NCBI GenBank assembly: GCA_002269645.1
Contig: NIVC01001457.1
Span: 124,001 to 188,000 of the forward strand
Origin: Macrostomum lignano
Lineage: Eukaryota
Length of the DNA stretch: 64,000 nt
Reading direction: 5' to 3'
The notes below the pieces were generated by a model that saw nothing but the letters and a program-made list of their open reading frames with translations, made no database searches and was not told where the DNA came from. How positions within the stretch are numbered: position 1 is the first letter of the stretch; the number at the start of each line of letters is the position of its first letter. Shown here one piece after another: positions 25,701 through 37,374 of the stretch. The translations under genes and the position numbers were made by a program.

Positions 25701-26320
25701 TAGAAATTTACCTTTAGCCAACACCAATGAGGCTTGATTCTCATGACTCTGCCTCATGCTCAAGTATCCCAGCCGCTAACAATGTAGTTAATTAATATTC
25801 ATTTTCTGAAGGTATCGACGGCTCCGCTCGGACAAGCGGTGCAAGGGACACTTCAATGTCAACCAGCTATTCGGGATTCGGAGGCTCGAACGGCAGTCCA
25901 GGTACTGTAGCGACCTACTATTCGAGCTACCACTGCAAAGGCGGAGCTGGAGCCGGCTGGCTCGGGGACGCTGTCCTGAGTACGCGTTACAGATCGTGCG
26001 ACGGTCGGGGCGGGAAGAGCCGCGGAAGTGGCTGGTTGGGCGGAGACAGCAGCAGCGACGGCGACGGTGGCTTCGGAGGCGGCGGCGGAGGCGGCAGGGG
26101 ATACTCATACAGGTACTCGTACTCCTACTACCGCAGATATTACGGTTCGGCCGGAGGCGGCGGCGGCTACAGCGGAGGCGCGGCCGGTGCGAGCGGTAGC
26201 GGCGGCGGTGGTGGCGGCTCCGTCTGTTTCGGCGCTCAGTGCGTCACAATGGGAGGTGCGAACTCTTGGGCTGATGGACGAGTGCTGGTGAACGGGTATT
26301 TCTTGTCAGGGTGCAAATAA
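22728..26320 (+). CDS. Gene A: secreted PAN/apple-like + ALK/LTK-like glycine-rich-domain protein (~423 aa if one frameshift is corrected)
   Basis: Exons 22728-22785, 23110-23487, 23678-24005 and 25812-26320, all phase 1. Signal peptide MTLLDLRSQLHLLLFQLLFTLTFA; CVLTCQENSC PAN-like Cys pattern; GRD motifs YRIAAYGARGG, LVVGKAG, GGGGGSFV, LIAAGGGGG, GFGGGGGG, GGGGGYSGG, DGRVLV. One extra T in the run at 23827-23833. Intron 3 is GC-AG. Confidence 0.8.
24110..25700. repeat. 16-bp minisatellite in intron 3 of gene A
   Basis: About 100 copies of TTAGCACCAAGGGGCT with a GGGCGCCAGC variant. Confidence 0.95.
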
Positions 26321-27565
26321 GGCAGGTGAGCGGGCAGATGTAGAGTACGATGAGTTAGGATGTGTAAAGTGGGGTGAGAAAGGAGATGTAGAGTGGGAGG
26401 GCGAGTCTATATTTTTCAGTGATAGTGCTTGGGTGTTTGAAATTCTCAAATTTTGCAATGGCCTCGTAATTGCAGTCGTAACTACAGTAAAGCTACAGAT
26501 ACTTATCCTTGATAGTGAAGTAAGTAACTAAGAAACGAAGTACAATTTTTTATTCGTTTTTAAACATCTTTTCAGTCAATTTTTATTCATACTACTGGCT
26601 ACAAAATCTCAATTTTTAACTCTAGATTTTTAACCTCTTTAAAATCTGAATATTTTGCTTTACTAGCCTTATTAAAATCGCAAAAACAAACCACTTCAAA
26701 AGATTAGTGTCCAACCAAAGACAGCCACTTCAAGATGAAAGTGTCCACTTTAAGAAATGGGTGTCCAATACATACTTGAGCTGTCCACTTCAATTCAAAG
26801 GGTGTCTATGTTAGACATGGGTGTCCACTTTAAGACAGGGGTGTCCACTTTAAGACAGGGGTGTCCACTTTAAGACAGGGGTGTCCACTTTAAGACAGGG
26901 GTGTCCACTTAAAGACAGGGTTGTCCACTTGAAACTGGGGTCGCCTACGCCGCAGATTTCATCACAGCGACGCAATATTTACCGGATCGCTTTGCAGTAA
27001 TATTAATCATTTGTTATTTACTTTGCCCACACAAAGAGTGTCGCACTCGCCTATGACCTGTTAATCGACCTGTTCTACAAGCAGCCAACAGGTAAAACTC
27101 CTGTAGGCGCATGCGAGCTCAGGCGATTAACTGAAACTGCGGCTGCATCGCTCGACCACCTGCGGAGTGACTCGCATTTTTTTCCACTGAACTGTTGGTG
27201 GTTTTTTTGTGCGGGTCACCTGCGGTTGGGTTATATGTACTTTTATCCTTTCTGCACTGATACTTGCTTGGATTGAGTTTTTCGAGTTGTTACAACTGAT
27301 GCACTTTTCAATTCAATAAAACAGACAAGTGCATATCCGCTCACACTAACTTAGATTTTTCCGCGAAAGAACGACTATTGAATTAATTTAGACTGAATAC
27401 TTGCTTACATAATCTACATGTATGTTACTGGTGGAATCGGGACAGTGTGGGGGGCGCAGGTTAGGCCAAAGGCGCGGCAGACCTGTAACCCGTTACAGTT
27501 AAGTTGCAGGGTCTTTGCTAGTTGCAAGCTAGTTGCAAGTTGCTCCTTGTCTTCGGTGTCTGCGC

Positions 27566-27771
27566 TGTAGCCAGGGGATGTAGCCAGGGGATGTAGCCAG
27601 GGGATGTAGCCAGGGGATGTAGCCAGGGGATGTAGCCAGGGGATGTAGCCAGGGGATGTAGCCAGGGGATGTAGCCAGGGGATGTAGCCAGGGGATGTAG
27701 CCAGGGGATGTAGCCAGGGGATGTAGCCAGGGGATGTAGCCAGGGGATGTAGCCAGGGGATGTAGCCAGGG
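27566..27771. repeat. 13-bp minisatellite
   Basis: About 16 copies of TGTAGCCAGGGGA. Confidence 0.95.
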
Positions 27772-28230
27772 TGTTTACTTACTGCCGTCGTGATGGGTGA
27801 GCATCTGACAGCAGCTGGCGACCAGGATGTTCATTGATTTGTTGCTGCACTCTGCCGCTCCGAAAAGCTTCCGAACAAAGGCCTACGACGGCCGAACTCA
27901 TCAAATAATTGAGCTCAAAAGTGGACTCATTCATTAATTTGCCAAAGAGTTTAATTTCAATGCGGTGTTTCGAAGTACAGCTTTGCCAGGCAGACTTGAG
28001 GGAAGCAGTACAAGCTGACATTCCAACAAACAAGCAACAGGAACAAAATTACCCTGTAAGGATCTTTAGACCTCAAGCGGTCAGCTTCACCAAGACTATC
28101 TAAACAGGAAAAATGCCTTCTGCGAATCAATCAATTGTGAATACCAATTACAATTCGTTACGTCAGAGTCGACGGAGACGCGTTGCAAAATTGCTTATTG
28201 CCAAAATTTCAATTTTATGTCTTACTTACT

Positions 28231-30114
28231 TATGTCGTACCTGTCCATTTCGGCGACAGGTCAATTCGGCGACAACCATTTCGGCGACAATTCTTAAATA
28301 GGATTTTAAATGTATTCTTATCTCATAGCAACAAAAAGTTTCAGAACTTACACAAATTTACAACCTTTGTTTAAATGTTGTTAAAACTAATTATAGTGTA
28401 AAACTTTACATTAAACTTTAAAAGCTTTGTTAAAACTATGTTAAAATTTTTAATGTAAAACTTAATCAATGCGTCGACAGTATAAAACCTGGACACTGAT
28501 GGACATTTAGACACCAAAAGTACGGTAAAACGATTGAATTACAATAAGAAATTAATGTTTTAAGAAACGACGAGAAAAAAGCTTGTAGAGGACTTTAAAC
28601 GTTAGTCCATTCGAATTACAATTCGTGTACAATGTTTACTCTTCCACAGAGGCATTCATGCCACTGCATGCAAGCAGCAACGCCTCAACAGTTTTGGTGC
28701 CGGCTTCGTACTCCGCCCAGAGGCGAAAGAAGGCCTCCTGCCTCGCACGCACTGCTGGCCTCATTTCCCGAATGTTGGCACCCAGCTGACCGACCAATGC
28801 TGTGTCAATCTCGACCAAGAGGGCCTCTTCGTGCAGCAGCTTTAGAAGCTGGTAGAACTGCACGTGGGCCCTCATTGCACGGCGCTGCAGCTTATTGTGC
28901 CATCCCTCCGTGTCGTTGTTCGTTCTAATCGATAACCGGAAGACTGAGAGTTCATGCACTCGCCAGTTAGAGTTGCAGATCCACGTGCCCTGGACATATT
29001 TGCAGAGCCTGTTGAGCTCATCGTCTGTGACCGTGCTTCTGAGTGTGTAAAATGCGTTTGCGATTCGGTTACCTGGCAGAAAAGGCAACGCCATGAGCTT
29101 GCCAAGGACAAGTGAGTCCTTGCCTTTGGTCGACCCGCCACGAACAATTTCGAATTGCACTACTATTCCCGGTTCATGCTGCTGCAGTGGAGGGGTACTT
29201 GGACCGGGACAGCAATTTGCCGTTGCTGCTCTGGCCAATGTTCGTGCTGATGTTCGTCAGGCTGGTGCTGCTCGTGCTCGTCAGGCTGGTGCTGCTCAGG
29301 CTGGTGCTGCTCGTGCTCGTCAGGCTGGTGCTGCTCAGGCTGGTGCTGCTCGTGCTCGTCAGGCTGGTGCTGCTCAGGCTGGTGCTGCTCGTGCTAGTCA
29401 GGCTGGTGCTGCTGTGAGCACAAGTTGCACAGCCAGTCGAAGCCATCTAGCTTGTTTAGCTGGTAGTACTCTTCCTGAGTAATGCCACTGTTGCAAGTTC
29501 GATGCTGCCATCTGTGACATCCGTCACACTCCAGCCCTTGCTGCCTTTTTCGAACTCTGACATCGCACACAACACAACTAGACATGATTGGCTGACTGAG
29601 AAGTCAGCATGACACCAAGTGATTGCTTTTATAGCACCTCTTTCTCCCCATTCTTTCCCCATTTTGCAAGCTACAACGTGCTTCATGTTCTTGTGATCTC
29701 CGATTGAGCAATACATGTAAGCAACCGACTATGAACAGCTGCAAGGCTTGCTTTGAATTGTGCATGATGAACTTTGAGAGTAGCACATTGTAGCGCGCTC
29801 TCGTATTTGCGCCATTATTCCACTCTGCCACATACGCTCGTACTATACCAATCAGATTGGATTTGGTTAGACGAGAGAGATGGAGTGGGTGAACTGATAT
29901 TCACTTGGGCAGAGCATGATGTACATGATGTACATGTGCATGACATTTGTGTACGTGTGCAGACAAAGGGATAGTGAAAATATCAATCAGATAATATAAT
30001 AAGGCAAGTCTGAAACTTAGGCATTCAATTCCTAAGAGTGTCCTGTTTTTCTATGAGATAAGAAAACATATTCAAAATCCTATTTAAGAATTGTCGCCGA
30101 CTACTGACTACTGA
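28231..30114 (-). mobile_element. Internally deleted Mutator-like (MULE) transposon with PHD finger, nested in X1
   Basis: TIR TCGGCGACAATTCTTAAATAGGA (about 28281) matches its complement at 30078-30100. TTACTTACT at 28222-28230 and 30115-30123; the empty site is seen at about 42051. C4HC3 PHD finger at 29394-29585. MULE C-terminal motifs LMALPFLP, YVQGTWI and RTNNDTEGWHNKL at 28636-29100. Confidence 0.85.
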
Positions 30115-32214
30115 TTACTTACTACTGACAGCCCATAGAGTTCCATAGAGAATTTGAATTAACTCAAGAAGTTTTAGCCATAGACGATTCAATTTTGCAT
30201 GCTACGAGCGTATATGGAACGACGAACACGCATAGAAGGAGAAGGAGCCTTGCTCCGTCTTGGCGTTACGGTTGGCGTAATCCGAAAAAAATTACGGTTG
30301 GCAATTTTTTCGGAGTTCGGGTTGGTAGCTCGTTCATTTTGTCATCTAGAGAGGTGGCCAAATACAGCAAAGATTTAGGACTTTTTTGGACCACCTAGCG
30401 GCCGCTGTCACCAACTAAATGGGGACCCTATTGGAAACAGAGTAATTTTTATAGATGTCCTTAATTTATTCACCCTAACGTGGAGTTCCCAAAGAACCAT
30501 TGTGCATACGCTCGTAGCATAACAAAAACAAAACCTTCTTGTTCCTAAAAATTTTTGTTCTATATCTCTAGATACCCGTGTAAACTTTAACTTTTCCTCT
30601 TCGCTTTATCAAAACATTTTTTAATACTTGGCTTGGAGAATCGGCCAGCTTATGCTCTCAGTGCCAGCTCTCAAGCCTGCCTGTAAGCATGTGAATTGAA
30701 CGTGAGCACGAGGTTTTCTTGACGAAGCTTCAAGTATTCATGCAGGTGGTCACCCATCGCAACGGTTGGGGCAACTCTGGTGCCGGAACCATCCCGATGG
30801 CGGTCCAATTCAATAAACACTCTGGCTGCGCCCCCTGATGTCAGGCGTACAGCACAGACACCACAGGCTGCAGGCACTGCAATGGCCTGTAATGGCTTAC
30901 AGGTAGGGGTCACGGTCCCATGTTTCTTCGATTTTACTGTCCAAATCTAACTTGAGAAGTTATGCAGCCTCGATCCCATAGTTCTGTTAAGCATGTAGAG
31001 ATGCAGAGAATAGCAGAGAAATGCATCTCACATTCGCTTTAGTAGAAAGTTACTTCGCAAAAAAGTATCAAAGACAAGGACAACTTGATCAAAGATAGTG
31101 CAGTACGCAGATACGCGCTTGTCTGTTTTATTTAAATAAAAAGTGCATCAGTTGTAACAACTCGAAAAACTCAATCAAAGCGAAAGTCAGTGCAGAAAGG
31201 ATAAAAGTACATATAACCCAACCGCAGGTGACCCGCACAAAAAAACCAACGACAGTTCGGTGGAAAAAAATGCGAGTCACTCCGCAGGTGGTCGAGCGAT
31301 GCAGCCGCAGTTTCAGTTAATCGCCTGAGCTCGCATGCGCCTACAGGAGTTTTACCTGTTGGCTGCTTGCAGAACAGGTCGATTAACAGGTCATAGGCGA
31401 GTGCGACACTCTTTGTGTGGGCAAAGTAAATAACAAATAGTTAATATTACTGCAAAGCGATCCGGTAAATATTGCGTCGCTGTGATGAAATCTGTGGAAA
31501 GGCCCACCTCAGTTTCAAGTGGACAACCCTGTCTTAATGTGGACACCCCTATCTTAGAGTGGACACCCCTGTCTTTGAGTGGACACCCCTGTCTTTGAGT
31601 GGACACTCCTGTCTTTGAGTGGACACCCCTGTCTTTGAGTGGACACCCCTGTCTTTGAGTGGACACCCCTGTCTTTGAGTGGACACCCCTGTCTTTGAGT
31701 GGACACCCCTGTCTTTGAGTGGACACCCCTGTCTTTGAGTGGACACCCCTGTTTTTGAGTGGACACTTTTGTCTTTTAACAGACACTCCTGTCTTTGAGT
31801 GGACACTCCTGTCTTTTAATAGACACTCCTGTCTTTGAGTGGACACTCCTGTCTTTTAATAGACACTCCTCTCCCCTCCACCTCTTAAATGGTTTACAGT
31901 TTTAGAAATTCAAGTGAGGGTAGAAGGAAAAATACGTTTTAATTTTTAAGAGGTTGCAAAAAGTTTTGATGAAAAATAGCATATTTTTGATAGCATTTTG
32001 ATTTGTAATTGACAGAAAAATCATAGAGATACGATTTCTAGAAACTAAGAAAAAAGAGCACTATAGCAAAATGTGAGTATAGCAAGGAGATGAGATGATA
32101 TAGATGAGATGGTACCTTATCTGAGTATAGGTAAGTATCAATAAGATGGTAGTTTTGCAATTAATTACGTATGATTGCAGAGACAGGAAAGATTAATAGT
32201 TTTAAACACATCTA

Positions 32215-33390
32215 GACTGCTCACCCCACCCTACACTCTCTGCTCACCCCCACCCTACGCTCCCTGCTTACCCCCACCCTACGCCTACGCTCCCTGCTCA
32301 CCTTCACCCTACGCTCCCTGCTTACCCCCACCCTACGCCTACGCTCCCTGCTCACCTTCACCCTACGCTCCCTGCTTACCCCCACCCTACGCCTACGCTC
32401 CCTGCTCACCTTCACCCTACGCTCCCTGCTTACCCCCACCCTACGCCTACGCTCCCTGCTCACCTTCACCCTACGCTCCCTGCTTACCCTACCCTACAGC
32501 TCCCTGCTCACCCCACCCTACGCTCCCTGCTCACCCCCACCCTACGCTCCCTGCTTACCCCACCCTACAGCTCCCTGCTCACTTCATTTTACAGCTCCCT
32601 GCTCACTCTATTTTACAGCTCCCTGCTCACCCCAACCTACAGCTCCCTGCTCACCCCACCCTACAGCTCCCTGTTCACCCCAACCCTACAGCTCCCTGCT
32701 CACCCCACCCTACAGCTCCCTGCTCACCCCAACCCTACAGCTCCCTGCTCACCCCATTTTACAGCTCCCTGCTCACCCCAACCTACAGCTCCCTGCTCGA
32801 CCCACCCTACAGCTCCCTGCTCACCCCACCCTACAGCTCCCTGCTCACCCCAACCCTACAGCTCCCTGCTCACCCCAACCCTACAGCTCCCTGCTCACCC
32901 CAACCTACAGCTCCCTGCTCACCCCAACCTACAGCTCCCTGCTCACCCCAACCCTACAGCTCCCTGCTCACCCCAACCTACAGCTCCCTGCTCACCCCAA
33001 CCCTACAGCTCCCTGCTCACCCCAGCCTACAGCTCCCTGCTCACCCCAGCCTACAGCTCCCTGCTCACCCCACCCTACAGCTCCCTGCTCACCCCAGCCT
33101 ACAGCTCCCTGCTCACCCCAAACTACATCTCTTAACTCAACACCACTCTACACCCGATTCCTTCCCTATCCAACATATCGCTGCTCATCCTACTCTAGAT
33201 CTGCTTCCTCAACCTTTTCTAGATCTGTCTGGTCACCCTACTCTAGATCTGCCTGCTCAACCTACTCTAGATCTGCTTGCTCAACCTACTCTATATCTGC
33301 TTGCTCAACCTACTCTATATCTGCTTGCTCAACCTACTCTAGATCTGCCTGCTCACCCTACTCTAGATCTGCCTACTCTCCCTACTCTAT
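32215..33390. repeat. ~24-bp C-rich minisatellite downstream of gene B
   Basis: CTCACCCCACCCTACAGCTCCCTG units, grading into CCTACTCTAGATCTG variants. Confidence 0.9.
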
Positions 33391-33396
33391 CACGAG

Positions 33397-36300
33397 CTAA
33401 GTGCACAGTGAACTGTCAGCTCTTGTGATGAGAACTTTTCCGTTGGGTTCGGTGTTGCCGCCATCCTGGCCAGCAGGGTTCTTGCCGTCTGCGTAGCTGC
33501 CACCGCCGCCGCCTGCACCACCTGAGCTTTCGCCGACCCCGCCGCAGCCACCTGTGTAGCCACCACCACCGCCGCCTCCACCTTGGTCACCACTATTTTC
33601 GCTCCACCACCACCTCCACCACCGTAACCGCCAAAGCCACTAGATTCAGAATCGCCACCAGTCCAGCTTCCCGAAGCACTTCTTCCTGCAGAACCTCCTT
33701 GACCGCTGCCACCTGAGGCACCTATGGCACCAGAAACTCCATCAGAGTTCCAACCGGCTCCACCTCCGCCAGACCTTCTCGCTGTCGGACCGTCCCCTCC
33801 GCTTCCTTCGGTGGAGCCGCTGCAGGAGCCACCTGTGCCATCTGTGCCATCGCTTCCCGTTTTCGAGCTACTGCCATCGCCTCCGCCTCCTCCGCCACCG
33901 GCTACAAGAAGCAGCTGCTTTGGGTTATTATTTATGTAAACAAAGGTGCCGCCGCCTCCACCTCCGCCTCCTGAGCCATCATTGCCAGGCTTTCCAATAA
34001 CAATCGTCAGCGTCTCCGATAGGGTAAAGTAGGCCTCTTTAAAAGCACCTTTGCCACCTGATGAGCTTGAACCGGATTTGCCACCTTTTGCACCGAATGC
34101 GGAGATTCGGTAGCAGGCGCTTCCTGCAGGCGGTGTAAAGGTCGAAAGCGTTCCTGTTTGACTGGCTGCTGCAGAACCGCTTGCTTCTGAAATAATTATT
34201 GCGATATTTGAGCAGATACATCAAATATAAGTGCATAAAGTTCATTACTTAGATGCAGGCTTTAAATTATTAACAATTACCAGAATTTTGAACTATTAAT
34301 TGTTTACTCACCAGTAAAAACCACGGGAGCATTCGTTGTAGCTTTAGGAGTTGTAGTAGTAGTAGTCTGAGTCGTAGTAGTAGTAGTCGGAGTCGTAGTA
34401 GTGGTAGTAGTCGGAGTCGTAGTAGTGGTAGTCGGAGTCGTAGTAGTGGTAGTCGGAGTCGTAGTAGTGGTAGTCGGAGTCGTAGTAGTGGTAGTCGGAG
34501 TCGTAGTAGTGGTAGTCGGAGTCGTAGTAGTGGTAGTCGGAGTCGTAGTTGTAGTAGTAGTAGTCGGAGTCGTAGTAGTGGTAGTCGGAGTCGTAGTTGT
34601 AGTAGTAGTAGTCGGAGTCGTAGTAGTGGTAGTCGGAGTCGTAGTTGTAGTAGTAGTAGTCGGAGTCGTAGTAGTGGTAGTCGGAGTCGTAGTAGTAGTA
34701 GTAGTCGGAGTCGTAGTAGTGGTAGTCGGAGTCGTAGTAGTGGTAGTAGTCGGAGTCGTAGTAGTAGTAGTAGTCGGAGTCGTAGTAGTGGTAGTCGGAG
34801 TCGTAGTAGTAGTAGTAGTCGGAGTCGTAGTAGTGGTAGTCGGAGTCGTAGTAGTGGTAGTAGTCGGAGTCGTAGTAGTGGTAGTCGGAGTCGTAGTAGT
34901 ACTCAGAGTCGGAGTAGTGGTAGTCGGAGTAGTAGTAGTAGTACTCGAAGTCGCAGCAGTGGTAGCCGAAGTCGCAGCAGTGGTAGCCGAAGTCGCAGCA
35001 GTGGTAGCCGAAGTCGCAGCAGTGGTAGCCGAAGTCGCAGCAGTGGTAGCCGAAGTCGCAGCAGTGGTAGCCGAAGTCGCAGCAGTGGTAGCCGAAGTCG
35101 CAGCAGTGGTAGTCGGAGTCGTAGTAGTGGTAGTCGGAGTAGTAGTAGTAGTACTCGAAGTCGCAGCAGTGGTAGCCGAAGTCGCAGCAGTGGTAGCCGA
35201 AGTCGCAGCAGTGGTAGCCGAAGTCGCAGCAGTGGTAGTCGGAGTCGTAGTAGTGGTAGTCGGAGTCGTAGTAGTAGTAGTAGTCGGAGTCGCAGCAGTG
35301 GTAGTCGGAGTCGTAGTAGTGGTAGTCGGAGTAGTAGTAGTAGTACTCGAAGTCGCAGCAGTGGTAGCCGAAGTCGCAGCAGTGGTAGCCGAAGTCGCAG
35401 CAGTGGTAGCCGAAGTCGCAGCAGTGGTAGCCGAAGTCGCAGCAGTGGTAGCCGAAGTCGCAGCAGTGGTAGCCGAAGTCGCAGCAGTGGTAGCCGAAGT
35501 CGCAGCAGTGGTAGCCGAAGTCGCAGCAGTGGTAGCCGAAGTCGCAGCAGTGGTAGTCGGAGTCGTAGTAGTGGTAGTCGGAGTCGTAGTAGTAGTAGTC
35601 GGAGTCGTAGTAGTAGTAGTAGTCGGAGTCGCAGCAGTGGTAGTCGGAGTCGTAGTAGTGGTAGCCGAAGTCGCAGCAGTGGTAGTCGGAGTCGTAGTAG
35701 TGGTAGCCGAAGTCGCAGCAGTGGTAGCCGAAGTCGCAGCAGTGGTAGCCGAAGTCGCAGCAGTGGTAGCCGAAGTCGCAGCAGTGGTAGTCGGAGTCGT
35801 AGTAGTGGTAGTCGGAGTCGTAGTAGTAGTAGTCGGAGTCGTAGTAGTAGTAGTAGTCGGAGTCGCAGCAGTGGTAGCCGAAGTCGCAGCAGTGGTAGCC
35901 GAAGTCGCAGCAGTGGTAGTCGGAGTCGTAGTAGTGGTAGTCGGAGTCGTAGTAGTAGTAGTAGTCGGAGTCGCAGCAGTGGTAGTCGGAGTCGTAGTAG
36001 TGGTAGTCGGAGTAGTAGTAGTAGTACTCGAAGTCGCAGCAGTGTTAGCCGAAGTCGCAGCAGTGGTAGCCGAAGTCGCAGCAGTGGTAGCCGAAGTCGC
36101 AGCAGTGGTAGCCGAAGTCGCAGCAGTGGTAGCCGAAGTCGCAGCAGTGGTAGCCGAAGTCGCAGCAGTGGTAGCCGAAGTCGCAGCAGTGGTAGCCGAA
36201 GTCGCAGCAGTGGTAGCCGAAGTCGCAGCAGTGGTAGTCGGAGTCGTAGTGGTGGTAGTCGGAGTCGTAGTGGTGGTAGTCGGAGTCGTAGTAGTGGTAG

Positions 36301-36748
36301 TCGGAGTCGTAGTAGTAGTAGTAGTCAGAGTCGCAGCAGTGGTAGCCGAAGTCGCCGCAGTTGCAGTCGACGTTGCACCAGTTGTGGTCGGAGCTGCAGT
36401 GCTCACCGAAGCATTCTCACAATCTGCTCTGTGTCGCAACACCTGCGTGTAGCAGACCGGTCCGCTACTGAGCTGCCAATAAAGCAGCAGGTCGCAGCTG
36501 CTTCCAAGAATGCACGATCGGTTGCTTGGCCAGAACTCATAGACTGAGCACAGGGTCGTGTTGCTGGCGCACTCGACAGCGCACACTCGAGAATCGACAA
36601 CCCCGACGATTTTGCGCTGCTGTCCGCCAGCTGCAGTCGCAGTCGCGGCATTGTAGCACAGGTCCGGCCTCTTGTCGAAGACAAAAGATATGCCATCGGC
36701 TAATGCAATCAGGACTGCCAAAGTTATGACAGCGTCGTGTGCTGACAT
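33397..36748 (-). CDS. Gene B: secreted PAN/apple + long Thr-rich mucin stalk + ALK/LTK-like glycine-rich domain (~1075 aa if one frameshift is corrected)
   Basis: Exons 36748-34312 and 34186-33397, with a 125-bp GT-AG phase 1 intron. Signal MSAHDAVITLAVLIALADG; CAVECASNTTLCSVYEFWPSNRSCIL; about 690 aa of T/A/S/P repeats; CYRISAFGAKGG...IVIGKPG...LVAGGGGG. Exon 2 is 1 nt shorter than in gene C (T-run at 33596-33599). Confidence 0.85.
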
Positions 36749-37316
36749 TCTAGGATGCTGTCAGCTGTCTGGGTAGATTGGTGGACGCTTCTGTTAGGAG
36801 ACTGGAAGAGTTTAATAGCTAAGAAAGTTGCTCAAGCAATTGCAACTCTAAAAAAGACTCAAGCAGTCACACGAGTTTTTCCTTTACTTTAAATTCCTGT
36901 TGGCTGGGCTCTAGCGGACTCTCCATGGTGGCAGTTATCGCCATGGAAACCAGCTCAAGACAGTAGATGTCAGCTCCGGTTGAGCGAGAAACTTTTCCCA
37001 TGCCATGTCTTTAGCATCTCTGAGTGTCTCTGCATCAATGCGATTAAACGCTACAAGCTCACTGAAGTGTGTAAGAAACAAATGGCAAGACCCGCTCGCT
37101 TATCAGCCATAGATAAGTTTTTTGCTTCTGTCGCTGCTGGCTTTAATGTGGTTGCTTAGCAATAAGAACTCTGCGAAGCAAAGGGAAGAGTCTTGGGAGA
37201 CCAATGATGAATAGGAAGTGTCGCGATAGGAATCGTCGCATTCTATAAATGTGTCAGTTAAAGGAGCTTAGCTGTTTATCGACTGCCTGTGGTCTACTGG
37301 AGCATCAGAAACTGAA

Positions 37317-37374
37317 ATGACACGGCTGGTTTTGCGATCGCAGCTGCACCTGCTTCTGTTCCAGCTGCTCTTTG
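37317..37374 (+). pseudogene. Duplicate of the gene A signal-peptide exon (A')
   Basis: MTRLVLRSQLHLLLFQLLF followed by G|GTAAGT, within a copy of 22359-22990 at 37007-37542 that includes the TATA box. No close copy of the downstream A exons. Confidence 0.7.

Larger units (their letters stand above)
26700..31870. mobile_element. Non-autonomous foldback element X1 with long inverted arms and 20-bp subterminal repeats
   Basis: 26700-27330 is the reverse complement of about 31130-31870. Both arms start with GTGTCCACTT(T)AAGACAGGG-type 20-mers. No intact transposase. Weaker inverted similarity may extend to about 26450 and 32180. Confidence 0.75.

Noticed and set aside
29093-29482. Ala/Gln-, Val/Leu- and Ser/Thr-rich ORFs
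   Set aside because: Alternative frames of the tandem linker inside the MULE.
32175-33428. 417-aa Pro-rich ORF (also 44652-45155)
   Set aside because: Translation of the 24-bp minisatellite, drifting between repeat frames; it starts at a non-ATG codon.
34401-36452. 683-aa Val-rich ORF (also 46211-46672)
   Set aside because: Antisense shadow of the Thr-rich mucin exons.
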